DNA from: an uncultured Verrucomicrobiales bacterium
GTDB taxonomy: Bacteria > Verrucomicrobiota > Verrucomicrobiia > Verrucomicrobiales > DEV007
Direction: 5' to 3'
DNA length: 64,000 bases
NCBI GenBank assembly: GCA_938091905.1
Contig: CALKOM010000006.1
Location: 1-64,000 of the forward strand
Shown: piece after piece, positions 1-11,212 of the stretch
How the letters are laid out: every line of letters begins with the position of its first letter
Numbering within the stretch: position 1 is the stretch's first letter
Made by a program: the position numbers and the translations under genes
Notes under the pieces: model-generated
Seen by the model: the letters and a program-made list of their open reading frames with translations, nothing else
The model's database searches: none
Told to the model about the DNA's origin: nothing

Positions 1-1
1 T

Positions 2-565
2 GGTGAAGACCTCGCGCAAGAAACCTTTGCCAAGCTCTTTCGGAAGCGCGCTTCCTACAAGCCGACGGGCAAGTTCTCGACCTACCTCTGGCGAGTGGCG
101 ATGAACATGTGCTATGACGAGTTGCGCAAGCGCAAGCGTCAGTGGGAGCGCCAATTTGAGCAGCTCGATGCCGAAGGTGAAGAACGTCAGGATCGCATTG
201 CGGTGACCGATGAAACGCCGATGCACGAGACGGCAAAGAACGAAGAAGCGGCCTTGGTTAGGGAGGCCTTGGCGAAACTGCCAGAGTCGTATCGCTCGGT
301 GCTCGTGCTTCGACACTACGAAGGGCTCAAGCTTCGAGAGATCGCCGAGATCTTGGAGATCCCGCCTGGCACCGTAAATTCGCGTATGGCCGAAGCGCTC
401 ACCCGCCTTTCTCGCAATCTTGGTCCGAAACTCTCCAAGATGCAAACCCAGACGATTTCTGAGCCGGTGGCGCCTCAACCTCAGCGGCCCTCGGTGGTCA
501 CGCCCTTCGTTTGGCAATTCCAGCGCCTAACGGATCTCTTTTATCAACTGGCACCTGCCTCCTAA
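2..565 (+). CDS. ECF-type RNA polymerase sigma-70 factor (5' end outside window)
   Basis: The frame is open from position 2: GEDLAQETFAKLF...KFSTYLWRVAMNMCYDELRKR (region 2) and LPESYRSVLVLRHYEGLKLREIAEILEIPPGTVNSRM (region 4.2). A ~50 aa C-terminal tail follows. Confidence 0.92.
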   Translation, partial: GEDLAQETFAKLFRKRASYKPTGKFSTYLWRVAMNMCYDELRKRKRQWERQFEQLDAEGEERQDRIAVTDETPMHETAKNEEAALVREALAKLPESYRSVLVLRHYEGLKLREIAEILEIPPGTVNSRMAEALTRLSRNLGPKLSKMQTQTISEPVAPQPQRPSVVTPFVWQFQRLTDLFYQLAPAS

Positions 566-1197
566 TGAAAACTTCAAAACCGGACGAACTCATTGACTAC
601 CTCTATGACGAGGTGGATGGCGCCGCGCGTCAAGCGGTGGAGCTGCGTTTAGAGCACTGTGAGGAATCGCGTTCGCAGGTCGCAGAATGGCGTGCAACGA
701 TGGCTCGATTGGACGAGTGGAAGATTGAGGATAAGGCGGCGCCTGCGACAACGCTAGGGCAGCGGCTTTCGCCCGTTCTGAAGATTGCGGCCGTAGTCGC
801 CGTCCTGGTCGGCTCTGGAGTGTGGATAGGGCAGCACCTGCATCGTCCCGTGGAAGGAGGCGCTCTCATCGCTGCTGCTCCGGAAGAACCCGAGGCCGTA
901 GAGCCGACCGTTCAAGCGGATGAGGTCAAGAAACGCATCATCATGGCGTCAGGAGCCATGACGCATCGGCAAGTACAAGCGCATCTCCAGGAAGCGCTCA
1001 AGCACCTGGAGTCGAATGAAATACGCAACGAGACCCTGGCAGTCTTTCTGCCTCCGAAGGAGCAACTGGCTTACCAGGAAGGGGCGAAGGCGTTGCGAAC
1101 AGTGGCGCAACGGGTTGCCAGAGAAAGCTCGCGCCGAGAAGACTTTACCAATCAGATCATTGCTCGAGCTAAAAAACGCATCGCGCAGAGGCACTAA
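565..1197 (+). CDS. Membrane-anchored anti-sigma factor (degenerate zf-HC2/ZAS-like N-terminus)
   Basis: ATG overlaps the sigma stop (TAATG at 563-567). LIDYLYDEV...VELRLEHCEESR resembles the ZAS fold. One TM helix (IAAVVAVLVGSGVWIG) is followed by a helical periplasmic tail. Confidence 0.8.
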   Translation: MKTSKPDELIDYLYDEVDGAARQAVELRLEHCEESRSQVAEWRATMARLDEWKIEDKAAPATTLGQRLSPVLKIAAVVAVLVGSGVWIGQHLHRPVEGGALIAAAPEEPEAVEPTVQADEVKKRIIMASGAMTHRQVQAHLQEALKHLESNEIRNETLAVFLPPKEQLAYQEGAKALRTVAQRVARESSRREDFTNQIIARAKKRIAQRH

Positions 1198-1214
1198 CCT
1201 TTTGTTTACATTTT

Positions 1215-2006
1215 ATGATTCAGAAACTTACCTATGGGTACCGCTCGGCATTCGTTTGCTTGCTCGTGGTCCTGGGTGTCTTGATGGTGCCTATACTTGC
1301 CGATGAAGAGCAAGGCGGGGGTGGCGTGGTTGTTGGACCCGAAGGCGCCGATCCGGCTACCGGTATGGAAGGCGGGCCTGCGCCGCTGAACCCAAATAGG
1401 CCAAACGTCGATGACAATGACAGTCGTGTTGCCGCTGATGCGGATCTTATGCAATTGGGAGTGGATATCCGTGAGCGTGGCTACGCTGTTCCAGAAGTTG
1501 CGTTCGATATCTTTCCTGCAGCGGTGAAAGTGGATATTCAAGATTTGATGACGCGGCTCTTGCCTGTCATTGATAGTCAAGACCAGGTGGCTCTCGACGC
1601 GTTCTTTGACAAAGAGGGTGAGCGTATTGCAACCGTTTTTGATCAGTTAGGCCTAACACCCAATGCGGATTCGTTGATTGCCGGGCCAGCTTTCGAGGCT
1701 GGTGGCAATGGCACAAGGATCAAGTTTCCGAATGAATTCAAGAACTATGAGGAGTACTTGGAGTCGCTGGAACTTGAGGATTTTGAGCGTGATTATATGT
1801 TAGTTTCGCGCCAAATTGTAGAGACCTACGAGTCTTCCATGATCGAAGCTTTGGGAGAGCGTGCGCGTGTGCAGTCTGCTTTGGAAATTTATCAAACGCA
1901 ATTGGAGTCGTTGAATGAGCGCTACGCTGAGCAATTCCGAGAGTTGTCTCTGGAGAGCATCGAGCGAGCTGGAGCAGATGGTCGGCGCCCTGATATTGAT
2001 CGTTAA
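1215..2006 (+). CDS. Secreted acidic, helical hypothetical protein
   Basis: Signal peptide (hydrophobic core ending ILA-DE), Gly/Pro linker and coiled-coil-like C-terminal half. Starts 17 nt after the anti-sigma stop. Confidence 0.7.
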   Translation: MIQKLTYGYRSAFVCLLVVLGVLMVPILADEEQGGGGVVVGPEGADPATGMEGGPAPLNPNRPNVDDNDSRVAADADLMQLGVDIRERGYAVPEVAFDIFPAAVKVDIQDLMTRLLPVIDSQDQVALDAFFDKEGERIATVFDQLGLTPNADSLIAGPAFEAGGNGTRIKFPNEFKNYEEYLESLELEDFERDYMLVSRQIVETYESSMIEALGERARVQSALEIYQTQLESLNERYAEQFRELSLESIERAGADGRRPDIDR

Positions 2007-2040
2007 TCGCAGCCTCTTCAGCCCGGCAGCGGGCGCTAGA

Positions 2041-2074
2041 AAGCAGAGTGGCTCATTTCGGGCCACTCTGTTTT
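2041..2074 (+). terminator. Intrinsic terminator-like hairpin
   Basis: gcagagtggctc-atttc-gggccactctgt followed by ttt. Confidence 0.6.
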
Positions 2075-2106
2075 CGCCTTTCTCAGTGGGTGCGATTTCT
2101 TAGAGG

Positions 2107-3624
2107 ATGACAGGGTTAGCCAAGGTCGGCGTGTGGATTTTGAGAGCGTGTCTCATCGCCTCTTTTGACGTCCTGCTTGCCTTGCCGTTGAGTGCAGAAT
2201 CTTCCTCGGACATTTCTGAGTTGGAGCGATACAAACGTCGTTTGCAGAGCCTCGAAGGATCTAGCGATCCGGCGCGTGTGGCTCAGTTGCAGCAGATGCA
2301 ACGGCTTCTGACATTGATGCAGCGATCGCTCATCATCAAGGAAGCGAACTCGAAACCGCAGTCTTCAGAACCTAAACCTGCAATGCCAGAGCCAGTTGAG
2401 GCCCCGAAGCCGTCGCCTCTCCCAGAGCAACAACCTGTGCCTCAGCCGGTAGGATCAACGGTTGAACCAAAACCCGCAGCCGTGAAGGCTGTCATGGAAC
2501 CTTTGCCAGAGGTCGTTCCAGCGCTCCCTCGCAAGCAAGCGCCGGTGGCCGTGGTTGAGCCGGTCCCTGATCCACCGGAGCCCGAGATCCCTGCCTGGTT
2601 CTTTCAGGTAGAACTAAGCACGTCCATTGGCTATCAGGAGAATATTCTACGCAGTGCGTTCTCTGATCTCGATAGTGCGTTCATACGTGGGAAGGCGGAA
2701 CTGCAGCTATTGAACCTGCGGCGAGAGGATTTCCGGGTCATGGCCCTGGGGCATTATGATAGAAAGTTTTTTCTCGATGAGTCGTCGGTCCGTGATGAAG
2801 ATCTTCTTTTAATGTTGGGTCAGGTTGATCGACGCATTGCTGGAGATGTTTGGTTAGGTCTTCAATTAAGTTATTTCTCTGCAAATCAGCCTTTGGATGA
2901 TCCCGATCTTATCGACCTGGACACCGGGTCCATTCCGCTCAAGTTCGATCAGCTTTCTATCTCCCCGCAGCTCACGTGGGAACCCTCCAAAGAGCATGCG
3001 TGGGTTGCGCATCTCGACTTTCGGCGTGAGACTACGGATGGCTTGGAGATTGAAGAGCAGGACAATGATCAATGGGGGATGGGCTTGAACTACACCTTTG
3101 AGCCGAGTTTGGAACATCGCTTTCAGCTAAACTATCAATTTACGGAAATAGACTATGATGAGCGTCGTGCTCGATCATCATCAGGGACGTTCCTCGACGA
3201 CACGCTGGAGACGAGGCGTTACGAGTGGAGTGCTAGTTATCGACGGACTTGGGAGCGGGAGGAGTCGCGTTGGCGAGCGGAAGCCCGCTTGCGCTGGATC
3301 TTGGATGACGATGAGGTCGGTGGTTATGATGACGTGGCCCGGCTTGAAGTTCGTGGTCGCTTGAGCTGGCGCTATCGCAAGCGCACTGAGGTCCTGGCGG
3401 AACTGCGTTACGGGGAATACTTTTATGACTCCCGTGAGCGGAGCGTCGACGACATGAGGCATAGGGAGCGCTCGTACTGGGTGGGCAGCCTGACCGTCGA
3501 GCATGCCTTTAACAAGCGTCTGGCAGGTTTATTTCGCTACGAATTCCGAGAGAACGCAGGCAATAACAGCGTAGATCGGTATAGTACACAGATCCTTTCC
3601 ACTGGTATCTGCTTCACTTTCTGA
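2107..3624 (+). CDS. Outer-membrane beta-barrel protein with N-terminal coiled coil and Pro-rich linker
   Basis: Signal peptide (LSA-ES), coiled coil and a ~80 aa Pro/Glu-rich linker. These are followed by ~345 aa of alternating amphipathic strands starting at SIGYQENI and ending in terminal Phe (GICFTF). Confidence 0.75.
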   Translation: MTGLAKVGVWILRACLIASFDVLLALPLSAESSSDISELERYKRRLQSLEGSSDPARVAQLQQMQRLLTLMQRSLIIKEANSKPQSSEPKPAMPEPVEAPKPSPLPEQQPVPQPVGSTVEPKPAAVKAVMEPLPEVVPALPRKQAPVAVVEPVPDPPEPEIPAWFFQVELSTSIGYQENILRSAFSDLDSAFIRGKAELQLLNLRREDFRVMALGHYDRKFFLDESSVRDEDLLLMLGQVDRRIAGDVWLGLQLSYFSANQPLDDPDLIDLDTGSIPLKFDQLSISPQLTWEPSKEHAWVAHLDFRRETTDGLEIEEQDNDQWGMGLNYTFEPSLEHRFQLNYQFTEIDYDERRARSSSGTFLDDTLETRRYEWSASYRRTWEREESRWRAEARLRWILDDDEVGGYDDVARLEVRGRLSWRYRKRTEVLAELRYGEYFYDSRERSVDDMRHRERSYWVGSLTVEHAFNKRLAGLFRYEFRENAGNNSVDRYSTQILSTGICFTF

Positions 3625-3641
3625 CTATATTTTGACGTTGC

Positions 3642-5258
3642 ATGAGAAGCCTCAAGCTAGCATTTGCCCTGCACAGCTGTCTTGCCTTCTCGTCCCTCTT
3701 CGGCAAGGAAGACGCCTCTCCCGGTGAGACCCACTGGGAGTTTCAAGCCGATGGACGAGTGATGGCCACAGCAGCTATGGATGCGGAGCGTGTCTACTTT
3801 GGCGCGGCAAGTCGTTCTGCTAGTGCTCCAACGAGCGATCTGTATTGTCTCGACCGTGAAACCGGCACGGAAGTGTGGTCTCAGGCGTTTCCTAATTGGC
3901 TGCAGGCTTGCCCTGTCATCACAAATACCCGTGTGTTCATCGGATGTGATGATACCAAACTTTACTGCTTGGATAAGCAGACAGGAGAAGAACTCTGGCA
4001 GGTAGACACGTTCGGCCGGATCGACTCAACACCGTGTGTGGATACGCCGGGAAATTGTTATTTCGGCTCACGCGATCGTTTCCTTTACGCAGTGGATCAG
4101 AGTGGGCAGGTGTTATGGTCGCGGTTTCTAACACAGGGAGTCGCCTCATCGCCACTGTTGAATGAGCGTGAGGGACGTCTCTATGTGGCCGACCTTTCGA
4201 ATACGATCTATGCTTTTACCCTGAGCGGTGAAGAACTCTGGCGTTACAAGCCGCGTCAAGGAGGTATTGGCGGCGTTCGGTTAAGGATCTACTCGTCTCC
4301 CACGATCGATGATGAGGGCGTGCTTTACGTGGGCTCTGGCGATAAGAATCTCTATGCGGTGAATCGTCATACAGGGCAGCTCTTCTGGCGTGAACCCACT
4401 GGTGGCGTGGTCGACTCGTCTCCCGTGATCTCTGCAGACGAGCATCTTTACGTGGTAAATCGGGAAGGTGTGCTCTTCAAGTATCGGATCGATCTGCTTA
4501 CTGAGGATCGTGAGGTCTGGCGGAATGATTGCATCGGGCAAGTGTTCTATGGTTCCCCTACCATTGATGCAGTCAATAACATCTACATTTGCGGTGCGCC
4601 GCCGATCACGGATCCTGAAACGGAAGAGCCACAAACGCAGCTGTCCTACATTGATCGAGTCAGTGGCCAGATTCTTTGGTCGGAGCGCTATTCCGGCTAC
4701 ACTGACGCGACGCCGATTCTCGATGACGAAGGCAATGTTTACTTTGGAACGGCCAGTGGGGCTTTCATGAAGGTGAATGGTGCTGGGAGAGGCTTGGCGG
4801 AGACTTCATGGCCAACCTTTCGCGGCCAAGTGTCTGGGGCAGGGCGTTATGAAGAAACGTATCGGGACTGGCTTATCCGTTTCGGTATTCCCCCAGAATT
4901 TGCCAGCACGAACCGTGATTCAGACGAGGATGGGTTCTGTGACTTCGAGGAGTTCGTGCTTGGTGCCCATCCTAAAGATCCGACAAGTCGACCTTCGAGG
5001 ATGGTAGGGCAGATTACGCCCCTGGATGACGCTGCTCAGTTTTCTTTTGAACTTCTCAAAGGTCTCAGGACCACGTATCGAGTTGAAGCGAGTACGAATC
5101 TACAGGCTTGGCTACCAACCGGAATCTCGCGTGACCGCTTTAACTACGAAGATGAAGAAGATCGATGGCGAGTAAAGGTGCCGTTAGGCCCGCCAGCGAG
5201 TTCGCAGGAACTCTATTATCGTGTTCGCTGGGAACAAGAGGCTACTCAGAAACCGTAG
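3642..5258 (+). CDS. Secreted PQQ/BamB-like beta-propeller protein with C-terminal DxDxDG + Ig-like sorting-type domain
   Basis: Signal peptide and repeated LYCLD..TG..W / SSP..D..G.LYVGS.D blades. The C-terminal domain reads DSDEDG...YRVEASTNLQAW...YYRVR. Confidence 0.85.
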   Translation: MRSLKLAFALHSCLAFSSLFGKEDASPGETHWEFQADGRVMATAAMDAERVYFGAASRSASAPTSDLYCLDRETGTEVWSQAFPNWLQACPVITNTRVFIGCDDTKLYCLDKQTGEELWQVDTFGRIDSTPCVDTPGNCYFGSRDRFLYAVDQSGQVLWSRFLTQGVASSPLLNEREGRLYVADLSNTIYAFTLSGEELWRYKPRQGGIGGVRLRIYSSPTIDDEGVLYVGSGDKNLYAVNRHTGQLFWREPTGGVVDSSPVISADEHLYVVNREGVLFKYRIDLLTEDREVWRNDCIGQVFYGSPTIDAVNNIYICGAPPITDPETEEPQTQLSYIDRVSGQILWSERYSGYTDATPILDDEGNVYFGTASGAFMKVNGAGRGLAETSWPTFRGQVSGAGRYEETYRDWLIRFGIPPEFASTNRDSDEDGFCDFEEFVLGAHPKDPTSRPSRMVGQITPLDDAAQFSFELLKGLRTTYRVEASTNLQAWLPTGISRDRFNYEDEEDRWRVKVPLGPPASSQELYYRVRWEQEATQKP

Positions 5259-5424
5259 CGTGATTTACGGATAGTAAAGCCGTAGAGGTGCATTTTGGGC
5301 CTCCCTCGATTACACACCTAATCCCAAGTATATCTCTATATTTGCAGAGTTTAAGTCGCCCTAACGCTAATCATGCGTTTCTAGCCGTTTCATGGCATTG
5401 CGTCTTAATTCTAGGAAAAAAACG

Positions 5425-5443
5425 GATACAAAGTAGATACAAA
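5425..5443. repeat. 8-bp direct repeat with 11-bp period (GATACAAA-gta-GATACAAA)
   Basis: Read directly in the AT-rich intergenic region. Confidence 0.5.
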
Positions 5444-5524
5444 AAATCGCCACGGCTACTACTTTTCCATCTCACCTGACTTCCGACGATTCAGAGTTCT
5501 CGGCATGAATTTCGGGTTCTACTG

Positions 5525-5857
5525 CTATTCTGCTAGGAAATTGCTTTTCGTCCATGGGGTCAGATTCGCCGCATTGCTAGGGGTAGGAGGGGGTTCAGAG
5601 AGCTCGCAAAAAGTGTCGTCCACCAGTTTCAAAATTTCCTTCGCACGCTCCAGCAGGACATCGCCAAGGTCGGTTAGAACCACCTCACGCGGTTTTCTTT
5701 CAAAGAGAGGTTCGCCCAGTTGCTCTTCCAACTACCTTATCGAACGACTCAAGGCAGACTGAGACAGATTCAACTCCTTGGCTGCCCGAGTGAAGCTTCC
5801 CGCCCTTGCCACCTCAACAAACTGTTCCAGTTGCTGAAATTCGATGTCGCTTCGCAT
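5525..5857 (-). pseudogene. LysR-family (OxyR-like position) regulator remnant
   Basis: From ATG 5857 it reads [64 protein letters not shown]. This is a LysR HTH with an in-frame TAG at 5732-5734, and similarity is lost after ~ELSE (no effector domain). Divergent from katG. Confidence 0.88.
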
Positions 5858-5902
5858 TCTCAACTTTAACCATGCGCGTCACGCATGGCAAGGATCCGAT
5901 TA

Positions 5903-5937
5903 ATGCATTGGATGCATACGAAATAGTCGCAGGTTAT
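5903..5937. promoter_or_regulatory. Putative LysR/OxyR-type operator (two T-N11-A dyads)
   Basis: ATGC-N7-GCAT (5903-5917) followed by ATAG-N7-TTAT (5923-5937), between the LysR remnant and katG. Confidence 0.55.
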
Positions 5938-5953
5938 GATAGCGGAAAAATGA

Positions 5954-8326
<2,373 letters not shown>

Positions 8327-8362
8327 TCAAGAATACCCGGCGGAACTTCCTGCCAGAATTTC

Positions 8363-8402
8363 ATCCCACCTTGGCGGCACAAGTCGTCAGGGTGGGATTT
8401 TT
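8363..8402 (+). terminator. katG intrinsic terminator
   Basis: atcccaccttggcggc-acaa-gtcgtcagggtgggat followed by a T run. Confidence 0.8.
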
Positions 8403-8723
8403 CGTATCCAAGACGGAAGCACATACTGAAGAAGCTCCCGATTCCTGTATCGCATCCCAGATCTGCAGACTTGTCAGAGCAGGAATCAAGCAATGGTCGA
8501 CATATAGCATATGCGGCATAGATCTACCTGTATTTGAAGGCCGCATTAATACCAGCGAGATTACTGATCCAAAGATCAGGCTAATGATGTGCGTGCATTT
8601 CCTAGATCTGTGAGAGGGAAGTTGCTTCTGTAGGTTGCTTTTCCATGTAACAACGATCAAGGCATTCGGTCTTAAGATTGCTCACTCTATCCTGCGCTAC
8701 GATACGAAACGCCTAAATTGGCC

Positions 8724-9224
8724 CTATTCTGTATTCAACAGCCTCGCCAGGTGACTCTTCTGCCGCTCACCCATCTTGTTCGACTTCCGCCGATTCAGAG
8801 TCCGCGGCATGAACTCAAGGTTGCCTATCCAGTTCTCGAATCGCGGGGCCTTGGACACAGGCACGATGTGATCCACCTCAGCTTGCTCGCCAGTATAGGG
8901 CCCTCTCGTGATTGTTGGTGCTCTTCCTCTACGAAGCTTGGCTAGATTGTCAGGTGTGAGGCATCCAAGCCGCTCTAAGATCGTTAGGTTCCGTAAGAGC
9001 GACTCCTTCGCCAGTTGTCCCCGTGGAGTGCTGACGTGCCCTGTAGCATCGATGATGGAAGCGGCGGTGATGCCATCCACCTTGGCAACATGGAGCCAAT
9101 AGCAGGCTTTCCTGAGTCTAGGATTGGCTGCACGATCACTCTTGAGCGTGTCTAGCTTGGCAGGATCAATGAGAGCGGAGAGAGCCTGGACTGATGCCTT
9201 GCTTTTCGGTTGTTGTGCCCTGGT
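8724..9224 (-). pseudogene. 5'-truncated gene encoding a C-terminal HNH-like motif
   Basis: The frame is open 9224->8724 (..ALIDPAKLDTLKSDRAANPRLRKACYWL..EVDHIVPVSKAPRFENWIGNLEFMPRTLNRRK). It is bounded upstream by TGA 9225-9227, with no start codon before the protein-like segment. Confidence 0.6.
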
Positions 9225-9330
9225 TCAGGGCCTCTTCACGTGACGCCCCTTGAGAAACGCAACCGGGCAATTCATCGCAAATTGCGGCGAATCCCTCATC
9301 GGCATTGATCAGCGTTGCGTGGTAGGTCAT
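9166..9330 (-). pseudogene. HicB-family antitoxin N-terminal fragment
   Basis: MTYHATLINADEGFAAICDELPGCVSQGASREEALN matches the HicB LPGCxSQGxTxEEAL signature. After codon ~36 (~9223) it runs out of frame into the HNH-gene remnant. Not in the ORF track. Confidence 0.75.
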
Positions 9331-9336
9331 TTCTCG

Positions 9337-9365
9337 ATCGTAGGCGGAACGGAGGGTGGGTGCAA
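9337..9365 (-). promoter_or_regulatory. sigma70-like promoter, leaderless configuration
   Basis: TTGCAC-17nt-TACGAT-6nt-ATG of the hicB remnant. Confidence 0.65.
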
Positions 9366-9518
9366 GGCACTCTACAGTCTGCCTTCGGGTGAAGCGGAAG
9401 ATGGGCTGAGGAGAAATAGGGCGAAGAAGTACGAGTGTAAGTAAATTAATTGACGATGTGCGATCTTCGAGGCTGCGGCTCGGGCAAGATATCTGAGTTT
9501 CACTCGGCGGAACGCGAA

Positions 9519-9555
9519 CGGCCTCTTTGAGACCGGGTGGGTCTTAAAGAGGCCG
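9519..9555 (-). terminator. Hairpin downstream of rng
   Basis: cggcctctttgagacc-gggtg-ggtcttaaagaggccg, 16-bp near-perfect inverted repeat. Confidence 0.65.
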
Positions 9556-9577
9556 CGGCCATTAAATGACTGTATTG

Positions 9578-11182
9578 TTAGTTTCGCTCGTTGGGATCGC
9601 GTGGAAGGCCAACGGTGATTTCCTCGTTGGAGGCGGCATCAACGATCATGACCTGCTCGCGGTGATAGGTCGGGTCGGCGCGGAAGGTGAGGCGGCCAAC
9701 ATTGCGGCGCTGGAGTTCTTCGAGGATGGCTTCGTCTTCGGTACGAAGGCGGTGCATCACGTCCGGGTGCACGACGACAATGAGGTCGCGACTGCGTTCG
9801 CCACCTTGACTTTGGAACACGAGGTTGAGCCGGCGTTGTAGTTCCACGCTCATCGTCATGGTGGATTTGACAGAGCCTTTGCCTTGGCAGTAGGAACACG
9901 GTTCCATGACCGAGCCTGTGAGGCTTTCGTTGAGGCGTTGGCGCGTCATCTCCATGAGGCCGAGCTGGGAGATGTGTAAGATCTGAGTCTTGGCCTTGTC
10001 TTTGCGGACGCGATCACGCATGCGGCGGTAAACGGCCATCTGATCTTTGCGGCCTTTCATATCGATAAAGTCGACCACGACGAGCCCCCCAATGTTTCGG
10101 AGCTTGAGCTGACGCGAAACTTCGTCGGCGGCCTCTAGATTCGTCTCAAGGATCATCTTGTCCATGTTACCTTTGTGCCCCTTATTCCGGCCCGTGTTTA
10201 CATCGACGGCGATGAGGGCTTCTGTTTCATCGATGCAAAGGTAGCCACCGCAGGGCATCCATACTTGACGGTGGAAAGCGTTCTCAATTTGGCGATTGAT
10301 GCCTAATTTATCGAAGATGGGCTGTTTCCCTTGATAGAAATTGATCCGCTTCTTGGCTCGACGTGAAATGGAGGAAACGAGTTCGCGCATTTCTTCGGTG
10401 ACTTCTTCGTCGTCACAGAGGACTTCAGCGACTTCATCCGTGAGGAAGTCGCGCACGGTACGCTCGACGAGGCCGGGTTCTTGAAAGACACAGAGAGGGG
10501 CTTTGCCGTTGTTCTGTCTTTCGTCGATCTCGTCCCATTGCTCTAATAAGAGGCGAAGGTCGCGGACGAAGAAGCGAGCGCGTTTACCCTGGCAAACGGT
10601 GCGCATGATAATGCCCATGTTTTCTGGGACGCTGAGGCGTTCACAGATCTTGCGAAGCCGTTGACGCTCTTGAGGGTCATCGATCTTCCGAGAGATGCCG
10701 AACTGGTCGTTGCGTGGCATGAGAACCATGAAGCGTCCTGGCAGACTGATATTCGTCGTCACGCGAGGGCCTTTATTGCCGATGGGGCCTTTGGTTACTT
10801 GGACGAGGACTTCGGAGCCGACTGGGTAGATGTCAGGAATGTCCTTGGAGGTGATGCGGTTCTTTTTCTTGGTTGAGCGTTTAATCTCCTCGAGGCCGCC
10901 GTCGAGAGCAGCCGGGATGGCATCCCAGAAGTGAAGAAAGGCATTTTTCTCGAAGCCGATGTCAACGAACATGGCTTTAAGTCCGCCTTCGATGTTTTTG
11001 ACTCGGCCTTTGAAGATACTGCCGACGATGTTGGACTGACCTGTCCGTTCGATGGTATATTCTTCAAGTGTCTTGTCTTCTAGCACAGCAACCCGTGTTT
11101 CCAGCGGCTCGCAATTGACCACTATTCGGCTGCCACCTGACGCGGCTGAGAATCCGAAGAGTTTCTTAAAAGTATCTAACAT
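9578..11182 (-). CDS. rng: Ribonuclease G (RNase E/G family)
   Basis: S1 domain (IVGSIFKGRVKNI..AMFVDIG), LVQVTKGPIGNKGPRVTT, IDETEALIAVDVNTG, LRNIGGLVVVDFIDM and Zn-link CSYCQG. Start set at ATG MLDTF. Confidence 0.93.
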   Translation of the reverse strand: MLDTFKKLFGFSAASGGSRIVVNCEPLETRVAVLEDKTLEEYTIERTGQSNIVGSIFKGRVKNIEGGLKAMFVDIGFEKNAFLHFWDAIPAALDGGLEEIKRSTKKKNRITSKDIPDIYPVGSEVLVQVTKGPIGNKGPRVTTNISLPGRFMVLMPRNDQFGISRKIDDPQERQRLRKICERLSVPENMGIIMRTVCQGKRARFFVRDLRLLLEQWDEIDERQNNGKAPLCVFQEPGLVERTVRDFLTDEVAEVLCDDEEVTEEMRELVSSISRRAKKRINFYQGKQPIFDKLGINRQIENAFHRQVWMPCGGYLCIDETEALIAVDVNTGRNKGHKGNMDKMILETNLEAADEVSRQLKLRNIGGLVVVDFIDMKGRKDQMAVYRRMRDRVRKDKAKTQILHISQLGLMEMTRQRLNESLTGSVMEPCSYCQGKGSVKSTMTMSVELQRRLNLVFQSQGGERSRDLIVVVHPDVMHRLRTEDEAILEELQRRNVGRLTFRADPTYHREQVMIVDAASNEEITVGLPRDPNERN

Positions 11183-11212
11183 TGTAATTAATAAAGTCGT
11201 CAAGTCTGCTGG

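Noticed and set aside
5732..5734. In-frame TAG in the LysR gene as recoding (pyrrolysine/readthrough)
   Set aside because: The gene is also truncated downstream, and TAG is a normal stop for many genes here. Simple nonsense decay explains it.
8404..8720. Short ORFs 8361-8660(-) and 8371-8613(+)
   Set aside because: They have no recognisable motifs and overlap the katG terminator; treated as AT-rich island debris.
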